The notes: generated by a model not told the origin, from the letters alone. A stretch of DNA of 64,000 bases from Marsupella aquatica (GCA_973895155.1 OZ316892.1:16358357-16422356); one strand, 5' to 3'; positions 1 to 11,925 are shown, numbered from the stretch's first letter. Translations and numbers: made by a program.

Positions 1-1934
1 TTCTCAGTCTGTACTTTGATCTTTATGAGCTTCTATGCTCCTGCCATCAGCGCCCGACCCCAGCCTCTAAGACCTTTCTCATTGCAGCAAAGCTTACTCC
101 TTCAACGTTCGGCAACATTTCCTTCTCATTTGTTCACAAAAAAACCCTTCGATAATCACCACAAATCACTGCCCACAATCGGCCGTTTCCTTTTCCCCAT
201 TCTCCTTCCACGTTTCGCCGCTCGCGCCCTTGTCTCCTTCTCCTTCCAAAATTCCTTTCCAGTTCTCTGATTTTTGCCTTAACCGACAAGCGCGCCACTG
301 CCTTCCTTGATTACAATCAATTCCCCGTCTTTGGCTGAATCACTCCCCTTTTCTTACGAGCTCTCAAACGCACCTCCACTTCCCTTTGTCTTCTCCTTGC
401 CTTTGCCTCGAGTCTGAGCAAACATTCGGCTTCTTTTCTCGCTCAAACGCTCTTCCAAGGCTTCCTGCTTCCGATACTGTAACTCCCTATCACTTTAATT
501 CTTTCCTTGATGGCTCTTCTGCTTGACGCGGATGCTCACACATCTCAATCTCTCTTTCTCCCTGGATCACTCAATTTTGCATCATCGCTCCTTCTTCCCT
601 GATCCCTTTTTCGATTGACTCCCTCCGCCTTCACCCAAAAAATTCCCAAGACCTCAACACTCCATCAACACTCCACTTCGGCTGAATCTCACTCCTTTTT
701 CTCTCTGAACTCCTTGGCACACACACATGACTCCCCGCCCATCACCACAGCTATGCTCGATCAGCCATTTTCTTTCCTTCGCTCCCTTCCCTTTTTCACC
801 AAAAACTTGATAACTACTCCACACCTCCTTTTGGCCGTTTCTTCCTCCTTATTCACTTCCATTCCCATCCGCGCGTCAACTCAAACTGCCCCTTATGCCC
901 GAGCGCACACAAGCTTCCACGTGTCATCTTCTCACAATTCTGTCATTAAAGCCCTTTTAAGCCTTGGCAAAACTGGTTCCTCTATTTTTCTTTTGTCTTA
1001 TTACTTTTTTCCCACTACAACAAAAATCTCACCCAAATTGAATTCCTTCACCAAATACCTCCAACTCAAAAATAAGGCCTTCACTTCCCCTCCTCTATTA
1101 TCCATCCCGACGACAGCGGAAGAAGCGTTGGGGGCGTCCATTGAGGATCAACCACCGCTACCATGACGGTGGTGGAGGGCCGCTCCTTTTAAGGAGGGCG
1201 GACGTGGAGGGAGGAGGCATGAGTGGGCAGGGTGGGCTCAAATCTCCAAGTTTAGAATTAGGATCATGACCAGGAGGCGGCCCTGACACTTAGATTAGTG
1301 GGATTGCGGATCCACTGGTAAGAGCAACACTTGTGCTCCTGCCTCGCTGTACATAGGTAGATTAGAGTTAGGTAGATTAGGCTTACGCTGCAAAGAATTA
1401 GGAGGATTCACTGCCAGGATAAGTACCTGGGCTGCGGGGAGTTCAGGGCCTTCTTCTTTAGCAAGTTTTTAGTGCACCAGCAGGGCTAGGATCAAGTAGT
1501 AAAAGAAGCTCTCGATTAGTTATACTGTGACCCTTGTGTATATTCATGTTTCCTCATGCCTAAGAGAAGAATAGAGTTGGTCTCACGGCTTAGTTCGCAG
1601 ATCTTGTGTATGAGAAGTACTGTTTGTATGGCAAGTGCATGGTATAACTCAGTCAGAAGGAGTCATTTTGCTATTTGTGTGTCGCATTAACTTGTTTGAA
1701 GATTGCCCACATCAACCAAGAGAAGGGAGTAAGCAAGGTAGTAAGAGTTGAATGTGTCAAGCTGAGAGAGGTCTTAGCGGCTTACCCAAGCCAGTTGGGG
1801 ATCATTCCGGCGGCAGAATCCAAACATACCTAAAGGAAGACCAAGAGAGGAGACCAAGGGAAGATATAGAAGAGGCCGGCTATGTATCTCATGACCCGAT
1901 GAAAGATCTGTCCAGTAGATGTGTGTAAAATGTT

Positions 1935-2310
1935 AGTAGAAGGAGGTTAGAGCGTCCCATGCCGCTAAGCCGCAAAACCGGCCTTGCCAAGGGCAAAACC
2001 TGCGGAAATCGGCTTGTGCAAGGGGGTTTCTTGGGTTTAGGGAGCCATGGGACGCACCACACATACATAAACAGAAATCCTGTCTTTTCTTCGTTGCCTA
2101 CTGGTAGTAGCCTCCTAGCCAGAAATAGTTTAGGGTTTGATCATAAAACTCTGCTCTTCCGCCACTGAAGCTCGGGACGCACAACAAACCCTACTTTGCA
2201 TAGTCAATGAAACTAAATTCTCTTCAATGTAACTTCGTTCTTCACTCGTATCAGTGTGGTGGCTTCCACTTCACTCTTAAAATTTCTTTGCCACTCAACA
2301 GATTTCTACA
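1935..2310 (+). mobile_element. Possible LTR remnant followed by a degenerate primer-binding site
   Basis: Termini (a)GTAGAA at 1935-1941 and TTCTACA at 2304-2310 are near-inverted (TG..CA type). They are followed directly by gcggtgtccaaggc (2311-2324), which resembles a decayed tRNA-iMet PBS (tggtatcagagc). No partner LTR was found. Confidence 0.3.
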
Positions 2311-2380
2311 GCGGTGTCCAAGGCTGGCTACTCTTGAGAGACCCTGTCCATGATCCAATAAGCTCCCCGTTTAAAATCAA

Positions 2381-3357
2381 TTAGCTTTCAAGGGTAAGAA
2401 CAAACATATCATCTAGTCTATCGTTGTTATCCGAGTTTCCACCGTACACCAGCATTGAATTCCCATACAATGTAGATGCATACCAGCCTCTGGCCCTTGG
2501 ATGACTCCCTTCTTTAATTGTCAGTCCCGGTCTACTCCATCGCAGAGACTCTGTATCCAGGATAAATTCTTCATTCGAAAAAGAGCCTGCACCCATATGG
2601 CCCTGGTCACTTGGATCTACCTCCCCTCCATATATGACAATGTGCTTTCCTACAACAGCAGTGCCAAAAACACTCCTTCCAGTTGGCCTGTCCCCAAGAG
2701 CTATAACATGGTCCCAAGACTTCTTGTCAACATCAAAGCGGTGCATATCTGAGAGTTCATTGCCATTGAACCCAAGGAAAACCCAGACCGCCCCATTGAC
2801 AACAGCCAATCCAGGGCCCCCTCGTGGTACTAGATGCTTTTAGGGGGTGGAGATGGTAGAGCACTCCATTTTCCAGAATGTACATCAAATGCCCACAAGT
2901 CATTCAAGCGCCCCTCCTTGCCACAGCCACCTAAAGTGTATAGCTTCTTTTTGTGTTGATCTGCTACAAGAGCATGATAGCTCCTATGAGGTGGGCTTTT
3001 ATCTCCACTGGACAGTAGTTTCCACTTTCCGCTCTCAGTATCAAAAGAGAAGAATTCGTTTAGCTCTTCATGCTCCTTATCTTGGCCTGCAGATATATAG
3101 ATTACTTTGCCTATGGCAGCCATTGTTACCCCGACTCGTGGCATAGGTGCCTCTCCTTTGGTTTCAGCAATTGACCAAGCCCTTTTCTCAAGGTCAAACA
3201 CATGGACCGAATTGTCAATGGGAGCTTGTGGCTCAAATTCTCTGCCAAACACATAGGCCTTGTGGCCTACAACAGCCATAGCATGAGAGCTCCGGGCAGT
3301 GGGAGCCCCAATTGATTGCGTTACCTTGCGCCAGGAGGCTCGCAGACCCCGACCCAT
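2381..3357 (-). pseudogene. Intronless kelch beta-propeller protein of the nitrile-specifier-protein-like (At3g07720/NSP5-like) family, frameshifted
   Basis: Two ORFs (2830-3357 and 2381-2809) encode contiguous kelch repeats (ARSSHAMAVVG, PRVGVTMAAIG, HRSYHAL, GRLNDLW, PRGGPGLAVV, GRSVFG, YGGEVDPSDQGHMGAG, ARGW, YGGNSDNNDRLDD). They are joined by a 1-nt frameshift near 2833 (SPPPKS/LVPRGGPG). A conserved FGG is mutated to FGR. Confidence 0.85.
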
Positions 3358-3475
3358 GAGCAGACATTACGGTGGCCAGTTTGCGGCGGTGGATAATTAA
3401 GGAGCAAATGGGCGAGTTGGGATCAAAGCTAGAGCGAGGAGTGAAGTGCTGATGCAACGCAAGAGAATGGCTTGC

Positions 3476-3483
3476 CTTTTATA
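3476..3483 (-). promoter_or_regulatory. TATA box upstream of the kelch/NSP-like pseudogene
   Basis: Minus strand reads GGGTATAAAAGGC, about 120 nt upstream of the ATG at 3357. Confidence 0.5.
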
Positions 3484-5107
3484 CCCTGAGGGGTCATCGG
3501 CCAATCGGCCCCTCCTTTTTTCTGATAGGCCCAGCCTTTCATGCTTGCAGTGTACCGGCCTGCGTGCAGGTCCGGATTAGGGCGTGTCAGAGAGCCACCT
3601 TCTTGATCTGTTATACGGACCTGAGGTAGGCGTCCATAACACGCTTGTACCCCAACGGTATGGGTGGCGCTCCGTCGTCAGCCTGAGCGTGAATGCTCCT
3701 TATTGACTAATGGTGTCCTATTCATGATTACTACCTATTTTAATGTTGTTATGCTAATAACTACAGACTACTAAATCCGTAGCGTGCATGCTGAGCACGG
3801 ATTAAGCCGGGTTACTCATTACCAGCCGTGCTGGCGGCGTCACACCATCTTCCCTGTCTCTCTTTGCCTCCTTTTGCTTCTTCTTTGCTGCTTTCTCTGC
3901 AATGGTTGCAGCCCCAACTTTCTCTTCTTCAATCCTAGATCCATCAATCAAGGTCAAAAGAATTGGCACAACTCTCTCTGCATCCTCAACACCCAGCCTT
4001 GCCCTACTCATAAAAATCTCCCTCATAATCCCATCATATGGTCGAGATGGTCCAGCCCTATCCCCATTACCTGATCCTCACCCTTTGACATCTACCTCCT
4101 CCCGGCCTTGCAAAACACGGAGTGCGAAGCCTGGTCCGATGCGCAGATCTTTGCGTCCGCTTTGGGATTTATTTTTTGGAACAGGCCTGCCATTTCTGAT
4201 ACATATTAATGCTTTGCAATGTCCAGAGCTGAAAGAATTGGAACTACAATAGGACCTTCCGATTCTTTTTGCTTTGGACACCTCTTGCTTTTGTTTGTCC
4301 TGCTTTTACAATGCTGCTTCCGTTTGGTTTAGTATCGGACCCCTCGTTCAGTTATGTCGGATTCCATGTTTTGTCCAATAGGAGGTCATTTGGGTTGGGT
4401 ATGGGGGTTTGGGTTTATATGAGGAGCATGGAATTAATTAATTGGGTGGGCTAGGGTAAGGGAACCAAGGGTTGTAGTCACTTTTTTGTGGTCATTTTTG
4501 AATATATCAGCTTTTTTTAGGTGATACATACCTCAACGGGATGGCAAACATGTTGTGCATGTGACCCGGCCTCTTGCAAGTTCCTTCTTTGCGGATACAA
4601 TTTTGGGGTTTGTTCATGACATTGTATTTCCTAGGATAAGTGAGGTGTGGTTGTGAATGCATGTTTAATCTATATGACGTTTCCACTTTGGGTGTAGACT
4701 CAGGAACTTTGAGTTCAAACACCAACAAAGATGACTGTAGTGGGAACTCTGGAGAGATAGTGTAGTTTTGGTTAGATTAGATACTCTGATGAAGGAGATG
4801 CATCCGGATTCTGGAGTTCTATTATTCAGTTAATGTTTTATCCACTGGCTAATTTGTTGGGTTGTGCCTTTAGTTAATTTTTTAATTTTAATTTTTCTTT
4901 CAATAAAACCCGCAAAACCCTACGGGAAAGGGGGCCAAAAGGCAACATTGAGACCCAAAGAAGGGAAGGCCAAAAGCCAAGGGAGTGAAAGACAAAGAAA
5001 CTAAACGTGAATAAACCAAGCTACTTCTAGAACGAGCCTGCCCAAAGTCCCTCAGATGATGACGGTCCCACAACATAACCCCCCATCTCCAGTTCCGCCT
5101 TTAGTCA

Positions 5108-5213
5108 AATTTACTTACGTTTCAAATATTTCCTTGGCTTTTTCAAGCATATTTTTTGGGGTTCATTTAGGTTGCTAGAAATCTTGGGGAACTTGCAAGA
5201 AAAATCAGTTTTC
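5108..5213 (+). repeat. Dispersed direct repeat, copy 1 (copy 2 at ~9837-9921)
   Basis: aatttactta(c/t)gtttcaaatattt(t)ccttggctttt(t)caagcatattttttggggttcatttaggt...aaaatcagttttcc occurs at both loci; the second copy lacks ~20 bp. Confidence 0.85.
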
Positions 5214-6399
5214 CCATTCACTCCTCCCTAATCCCATGCCTCAATTAGGCTGATCACTGACTAGGGCCTAAGCTTTGACTTTTCTGGTGAAAAGTGTTGA
5301 AAAGTAGTCTTGGCCGTCTGAAGTTGGGAGTTGACGTCCTTGACGTCCTGGACGTCTTCCGGCTGGGACGTTGGCCAAGTTGCCAAAACCTTCAAAATAT
5401 CTCCCAAAACTATTTTTAACTCCTTAACCTGATCTCTAAAAGTACTGAAAGTTTTCCAGCTCCTTCTACTACGTATAATCTCCACTCTGGAAAAATTTCA
5501 GACTTTTTGGACGAATCTAAGTCTACCAATAAAATACCTAAAGATGTCAATCCTAAACTATAATACATAGTTGCGCCACTTTTCAGACTGGTCGTCATTA
5601 AATTTGCAGGGCACAAAAATTTAAAAATCTGGTCAAAGGTAACTAATAAAGCTAAACTGTGAATTGAATTTTAGTGTGACACAAAAAGTTTACACCATTG
5701 TCCAAGACAAGCCAAATAGTCACACGGGACAGCCAAATAATCACAGGGGACACCAAAAAAAGTGAAAGACTTTAATTAACACAATGCACGAGGATCAAGG
5801 AGGATACTCCCTCCATGATCCATGCAAGTAAATATTGTATATAAGTATTCTACATATTCAATATTGTGTGCACCATTGTGCACCATAGTTTTGTATAATA
5901 CTCGTAAGAGGAGTTTAATTGCTAATAATATTTTAGTCACTTGATCAATAAAAAATTGTTCTCCCAATATTTGTAGTCATTTTTAGAGTCATTTGCACTG
6001 TCATTTTCAATGTCTAATAACAAAAATAATAAGGCCCGAAGACAGTGAAACGCATGGCATGGGCATTGATGGCAAGGTGTCGGGTGAGGGGCACACTTGC
6101 AATGTAGCCCCTCGAAGGGCTCCAGTCACGCATGGATGGGGAGGGGGGGGGGCGAGCGAGTGGAGTGATGGTGAAATGGGGAAAAGGGGGAGGTTAAGGT
6201 TTAAAAGGAACATAAGAGAAAAAAGGTTTAAAAGGGGGGAAAAACACGTCATTTTGTAGTTTTTTTGTGGTTGTCATAGCCACTGTTTTGTGCAAGGAGA
6301 ATAAAGAAAAAAAGAAAAGGGAACTTTTGTGGTTGCCAGAGCCAGTATTTTGCACAATGATATCTTTCACTCAACAAGAGGTTTTGTGGAATAATATAT

Positions 6400-7270
6400 T
6401 TTAACAAATTTATTTTTTTATTCAACGATATCTTTTGCACCATGATCTATTTCTCAACAACATCTTTAACAAAATAACATTTTTTATGCAACGCACGGGA
6501 TTGAAAGGATAGGGACCCTATAGCGAGAGAATGGTCATCTTTGCTAAACCCTAAAACCCTAAACCTGTAACCAATAATATTTAACGTTGGGCCAATGTAT
6601 AGAGTGGCCGCCATTCAAATGCAAGAGCATTTTGGGTAAAAAACAAAACAAAGAAAAAGACTCGCTCCTTCTCTCCTTGAATTTTTACTTCAAAATATCT
6701 TTCACATAACGACAACTTGGGTGAAACGACACCTTTTTCTTATAACATCTTATACTTCACAATATCTTTGGCAAAATGACACCTTTTTCTTATCAACATC
6801 TTTCACATAATGACATCTTTGGCAAAATGACTTCTTTTTGCTAAACTACATTTTTTCACTTCATGACATCTTTCACATACAACATATTGGGCGACACAAC
6901 ATCTTTTTTCTTAACGACATCTTTTGTGCAAATGCACGGGTATTTTCCCTCAACGATATCATGGCCGAAACGACATCTTTTCCGTCAATGATGTCTTTGC
7001 CGACATGACATTTTTTTTCCTCAACGACTGCTTGGCCGACACAGCATATTTTTTCTCAACGACCTCTTGGTCGACACGACATCTTTTTTCTCAACGACTT
7101 CTTTTCTCTCAACGACCTCTTGGCCAACACGACATCTTTTCTCTCCACGACCTCTTAGCCGACACGACATCTTTTCGCTCAATGACCTCTTGGCCGACAT
7201 GACATCTTTTTTTCTCAACGACATCTTGGCCGACATGACTTCTTTTGTGCAACGACGGGTATTGAGCTAG
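6400..7270 (+). mobile_element. Non-autonomous Helitron-like 3' portion containing a degenerate ~38-bp minisatellite
   Basis: Ends in gtgcaacgacgggtattgagCTAG|T (CTAG at 7267-7270), the typical plant Helitron hairpin + CTAG + T terminus. Related tgcaa(c/at)gcacggg motifs occur at ~6487 and ~6927. The tandem unit ttttttctcaacgacctcttggccgacacgacatc repeats from ~6700 to 7250. The 5' end was not identified. Confidence 0.6.
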
Positions 7271-7844
7271 TTTAGTATAAAGTTGCAAAAACAGAAAACT
7301 CTTCTAAGTGTCAAAAAACCAAAGTGTTAATATGTGAAACAAAAAAGACTCTAACTTCCTAACAACATGTCCGTTTTGCCTGGCATTTTTTGGGGGTAGA
7401 TTTCTCTATCTAAAATCTATCTACTCATAAAAAATTCAGAGTTTTTCATGACCAACAAAGATCTGATTAAAATATCGCAAAAGGCTACTCTACCTTAAAA
7501 CCATCACTATTAACTTTTCACTCAATTTTCTAGGTTCAAAGTTGACCAAGGCCTAAAGCCTTCAACTACACTGAAATTACACACAAAGAGGTAACTATAA
7601 GTCTTAATAAGCTCAAAAATTAACTAACAGCCCTGTGTGACACCTTTAAGGGGGTGCACAGCCTTATTGCATAATACGAAGGGCCCACAAGGATAACCCG
7701 ATCTTGGTGGTGTTGGAGATACCCAAGGAAATGGGCATAGGCAAAAGCTACCATGTTAGCCGACTCAAGAAATTTGTCAAAGATATTGATCGCAATCGGG
7801 AGTAGGTCTTGCGTCCGGACGCCCTGGTGGTGGAGGACGCTGAG

Positions 7845-8010
7845 GACTTTTAGGTGGAGGCAATTCTGGACCACTATTACAAACGTAAGCTAGGAAGATA
7901 AATCTTAGAGTGTTTGGTGAAGTGGGCTGCCTATATATGACCAAGCCAAAAATACTTAGGAACCGGAAAAAAATGGGTAATGACCCAAAGATCCTTGCCA
8001 GCTATTGTAA
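7845..8010 (+). pseudogene. Chromodomain remnant of a Ty3/Gypsy chromovirus integrase
   Basis: Translates as VEAILDHYYKRKLGR*ILECLVKWAAY...NT*EPEKN, matching the chromodomain pattern VE.IL.H...(Y)LVKW.GY...TWEP, with stops and a frameshift. Confidence 0.7.
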
Positions 8011-8426
8011 GCAATATGGCTTACCATTGTTGTGACCTGGTATAGGCAAGTATGGCTACCTTTGTGAGTTGTATCCTAGTTTCACTCCTCTTGGCCTCTT
8101 AAGGGTAAAGTCGGGTTGCATGGGCGCTACAGGTTGTTGGGCGGTTGATTTGCTTTTGCAAGTGGAAGTTGAAGGTGCTTGTCTTACATTTGTGGGCAGG
8201 CTTGTTCAAACCAAATGGTGGTACCCCAATGAGAGAATAATGGGTCCGATGAGTTTGAAGTTGGTTACTCTCTAGGACAGGCATCCTACTGGGATAAGTG
8301 GGACTGGTTGAAATTTCCTAAGTCTTGAATGCGCACACCATTTGTTACCTTACAATATTTTTCACACCAAAAGTGATCTAGGCATGTTGGAATGTTTACT
8401 TGGGTCACGTGGACATGACCATTGTT

Positions 8427-9833
8427 AAGGGGAGGGGGTACAAGTTGCAGAACTTGACTACCTTAACACTTAGCTCCGACGTCATTGACTCCGACGCCAA
8501 GCTCCTCTACGGTCCAAGCATGGAACAACCATCCAATGAGGACTAAGTATGGGAGACTAGTGGGCAACAAGGCATTACACTAGCAAAAGCAATGTGCTAA
8601 GTTGGCGGCACACACTAAGGACTGGGACTAGCTTGGGACTGGTCGGGTCATGGGAAGGGGCCAAGCTCAAGGTGGACTGTCCAAACTCTCGGATGGACTT
8701 TGAGTTGAGGGCTTGAGTGAGAGCTCCTCTTAGGCCAAGTCTAACAAAGTTTCCCTCATGTGCAACGGACAGTTAGCACATGAGTACTAGGTTGGCCCGA
8801 TCACAATGGGCTAAGGCACTCCATCTACGGATGCCTAATTAGAAAGTTACGCGTACAACAAGTTAGTTGCTTGGCCATGCGTGCGGGGTGGGGTCCAGGT
8901 AGGGGACCAAAATTTGGGAACAAAAGTAGGTACAGGGTGACATGTGTCCAAAATTGTATATGAGGGGAGTGGCGTCTCCTTGGGGGCCAAGGGCAAGCCC
9001 AAGTCGTGAGCTACGGCTATCGCAACACCAAGGGGAGATGCCAAATGGAAACAATGATAACTTCCCAATGGGAATTCTGTTGGAAGACTTCTTGGGTGCA
9101 TTGAAAAGCTCTCAAGGAGAGATACATTCTCCTGAGCTCAACTAGGTCTAGGGTCCCATGTATCCTTGGGGTTTGTTGGGGCTATCTCACTTGCTTGCCA
9201 AATCCTGCCGAAATAGCAGCCAAACCACGTTCAATTTCCCATGAGAGCTTGCGTTGGGGAGGCAAGGCCAAGTAGGCATGGAGGTTGAGTTTTGAGTGAA
9301 CTTGGCACCCAGGCTATCAATTGAGTGAGAACCGTGAGCTGGTTGCTAGAGTCGGGCCATTCTGGTCCCGACATTTAGGACAACTTGGGACGAGCTTTAG
9401 GACAAGCTACGCTAATTGGGCCATAAGCATGTCCTGGGGGCAGGGCAATCAGCCTAAGACAGATAGGTACGCGGGGAGCACTCACTGTTTTGGACGAAGA
9501 GCAAGTGTCGGCTTTGGCTCTGGCTTATGGCAAGGTCAAGCGGGCCAGGGAGGACTATTTGCTAACCTACCTACCAATGTTAGGATACTAGTCTTGGAAC
9601 ATCTAGATCCTTTGGGTTACTTATCGGAGTGTTTGGTTGCTTGTGCGGACAATGAGGACCATTGAGCGACAATTGTGTTAGGGAGCAAGTGCGGCTTCGT
9701 ATGGGGGTGGGCACCGGGGGTGCAAGAGGCATCAAGTTGCTTGCTCAAGGAGTTCCATGGAGGCGTTCAGGCACCAAGGGCACTCAGGCGCGAGTGTGGG
9801 GATTGGTGAGGGCGCTAGGTGGCAAGGTCCACA
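8427..9833 (+). mobile_element. Putative polypurine tract plus 3' LTR of the chromovirus remnant
   Basis: PPT-like aaggggagggggt at 8427-8439 lies downstream of the chromodomain. It is followed by ~1.4 kb of non-coding LTR-like sequence ending CACA at 9833. No second LTR or TSD was seen. Confidence 0.35.
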
Positions 9834-11158
9834 ACTAATTTACTTATGTTTCAAATATTTCCTTGGCTTTTCAAGCATATTTTTTGGGGTTCATTTAGGT
9901 CACTAGCAAAATCAGTTTTCCTGTTTGCTTTTTACTGAACATTACTCACATCCTTAAACCCCCCCAAAATCCTCCAAATGTCTGCCACTTGTGATCCAAG
10001 CCGTGATACCAATTGTTGGGAAAATATTGCCAAACACAATGTCACATGGAACCAATGTACAACGTACAATCAACATTGACATAGAGATAAGTGGTTCATC
10101 CCCTCTGGGCTATGTTCACAAACCCTACATCCGCCATAGCTCGGCAAGCTCACAAACTGATCCTCTCTCTCTCTCTCACACTGATATCTAGTGTGGAGCA
10201 CAATGTAATGCTCCTACAGAGTTTTCCCAATAGTGTAACCTCAACAACCCAAAACCATATTAAAGCTTCAGCTTTTTACTAACCTGTCCCCCTAATTGTC
10301 CAAATTTACTATCCTGTCCCCCAAACAGTTTTATTTGCTAACATGCCCCCCTTTTTGTATATGGGTTACTTTTAACCCACCATTGGGTTCCCACTGCCAC
10401 ATGTCAAGGTGCGATTTGACGTCACTAACCAGCCCGGGATTGACCTTTCCCCTTCCCCTGCCTCGTCCCGGGTCATCCTACGCTTTGCTGTCACAGGATT
10501 TTTTGCATTAGGTTGCCTCTAAAGCGCCCCAAGCCCCTATCTCTCTCCCTCCCAAACTCCCTAACTCTCTCCCTCCCAAACTCTTGCTCCAGGTTCGATG
10601 TCTTTCCCATTCTTCAGCCTCTCAGATTTTTGACTGCCTCTCAACATTCGACTTTCCCCCTTGCAAACTCTTGTTTTGGCTGCCCTCGCAAACCGTCATT
10701 TCTGCTCCCCCTCGCTCTCGACATTTTTGCTGCTGGCTTGCAAATGAGCGAATGTCAATGGCTCGCGACGACATTTTTGCTGGTGCATGGCTTGCTTTCA
10801 ACATTTTTTCTGGTGGCTTCCAAAAGCAGTGAAAGGGTTGGCGGAGGAACTGACAGTTTTGCCGAGTGGCTAGCGAATTAAACACATTCGCCCCCGGCCC
10901 TGCATTTTATTCTTGGTGTTTTTGCACAGGAAAGGTGGACCCAAAACGGCTATGATGGACTGCTGGGTGGGCTCATAAGATCACAGGAAGGTCGGTGTTG
11001 TGCTGGATTGTAGGCCCTCATTCTATGCAGCATTTCCTAGCATCATTTTTATGTAGCATAAGCGACCATTTGACAGAGTAGTCCTGTAGCAGGTTAACCA
11101 TTCCTCCCTGTAATTTCATAGCAATTGGCACCTGCAACCAAGCAGGGTAAGAGCGGCC

Positions 11159-11737
11159 ATGGCAATGTGGACCACTATTGCTAAGGGAAATGCAATATGC
11201 ATTTGGCTGGCATTTGCACTGCTTGCCTCAATCTTCCGATTTATTGCAAAGGCGTTGGACATTGCTATAGAGTATCTACATGGTTGTGTGAAGAGTTTTG
11301 ATTACATAGATTTAGCATTCCAGGACACTGCACCTTTTGCACCTGAAATGCCTGCAGAAATCATGAGTGACGTTGGGAAGGGAGAAGTCGAGAGCTTTGA
11401 CAAGATGAAGTTAGAGGTTGAAGATGCATTACCACAGCCTTCGGCACCAATAGCAGCACCTTGCATTGGCAAAGTTCCACAGCCAAGGCCAATTACAACT
11501 TTGATGGGCCCTGGGACCCCAATTGTGTATGTCAATGGCCCAACAACAACATGGAAAGCTGGGCAAAAGCGAAAATTTTATGCTGTTGTTTGTGGATTTC
11601 AGCCTAGGATTTATGAGACATGGGATGAATGTAATCAACAAGTGTGGGGATTTAGTGATTGCAAGTTCAAATCTTCTAAGACTAGGGCGGAGGTAGTTGA
11701 GTACATGCACAATGAATGGTTTACGAGCACAAGGTAG
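11159..11737 (+). CDS. MULE accessory ORF with a C-terminal RNase H1 N-terminal hybrid-binding (Cauli_VI-like) domain
   Basis: 192-aa ORF. Its C-terminus RKFYAVVCGFQPRIYETWDECNQQVWGFSDCKFKSSKTRAEVVEYM fits the HBD pattern FYAV..G..PGIY.TW.EC..QV.GF....(Y/F)K.F.T..EA..Y. There is no catalytic RNase H domain. AATAAA lies at 11807-11812. The N-terminus may be spliced differently (donor-like GGTAAG at 11146, acceptor-like CAG at 11321-11323). Confidence 0.75.
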   Translation: MAMWTTIAKGNAICIWLAFALLASIFRFIAKALDIAIEYLHGCVKSFDYIDLAFQDTAPFAPEMPAEIMSDVGKGEVESFDKMKLEVEDALPQPSAPIAAPCIGKVPQPRPITTLMGPGTPIVYVNGPTTTWKAGQKRKFYAVVCGFQPRIYETWDECNQQVWGFSDCKFKSSKTRAEVVEYMHNEWFTSTR

Positions 11738-11925
11738 TTGGGGATCTAAGTAGGATGTAGCACTAGCTTTTCAGTTCCCAAGCAGCTGTAAGCTTTGATA
11801 TAGTGCAATAAAAAATCAAATATTGTACTCAAATGTCTGACTTGTGTTTCAGTCTGTACTTCACCCAAAGTCAGCGATGCAATATATTGTGAATTTGTTT
11901 GATCTCAAGTGCCCAAATATATTTC

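Noticed and set aside
615-1166. 183-aa plus-strand ORF
   Set aside because: Non-ATG start and S/T/P/F/L-biased composition, as expected from the antisense of a purine-rich decayed frame; no domain recognised.
2830-2835. Programmed frameshift in the kelch gene
   Set aside because: No convincing slippery heptamer, and other conserved residues are also mutated, which indicates pseudogenisation.
6700-7250. CRISPR-like appearance of the repeat array
   Set aside because: Units are contiguous degenerate tandem repeats without unique spacers, there are no cas genes, and the context is eukaryotic.
11159-11737. Host RNase H1 gene or endogenous caulimovirus
   Set aside because: The HBD is C-terminal and followed by a stop with no catalytic domain. 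There are no viral MP/CP/RT genes nearby, and the ORF lies within MULE TIRs.
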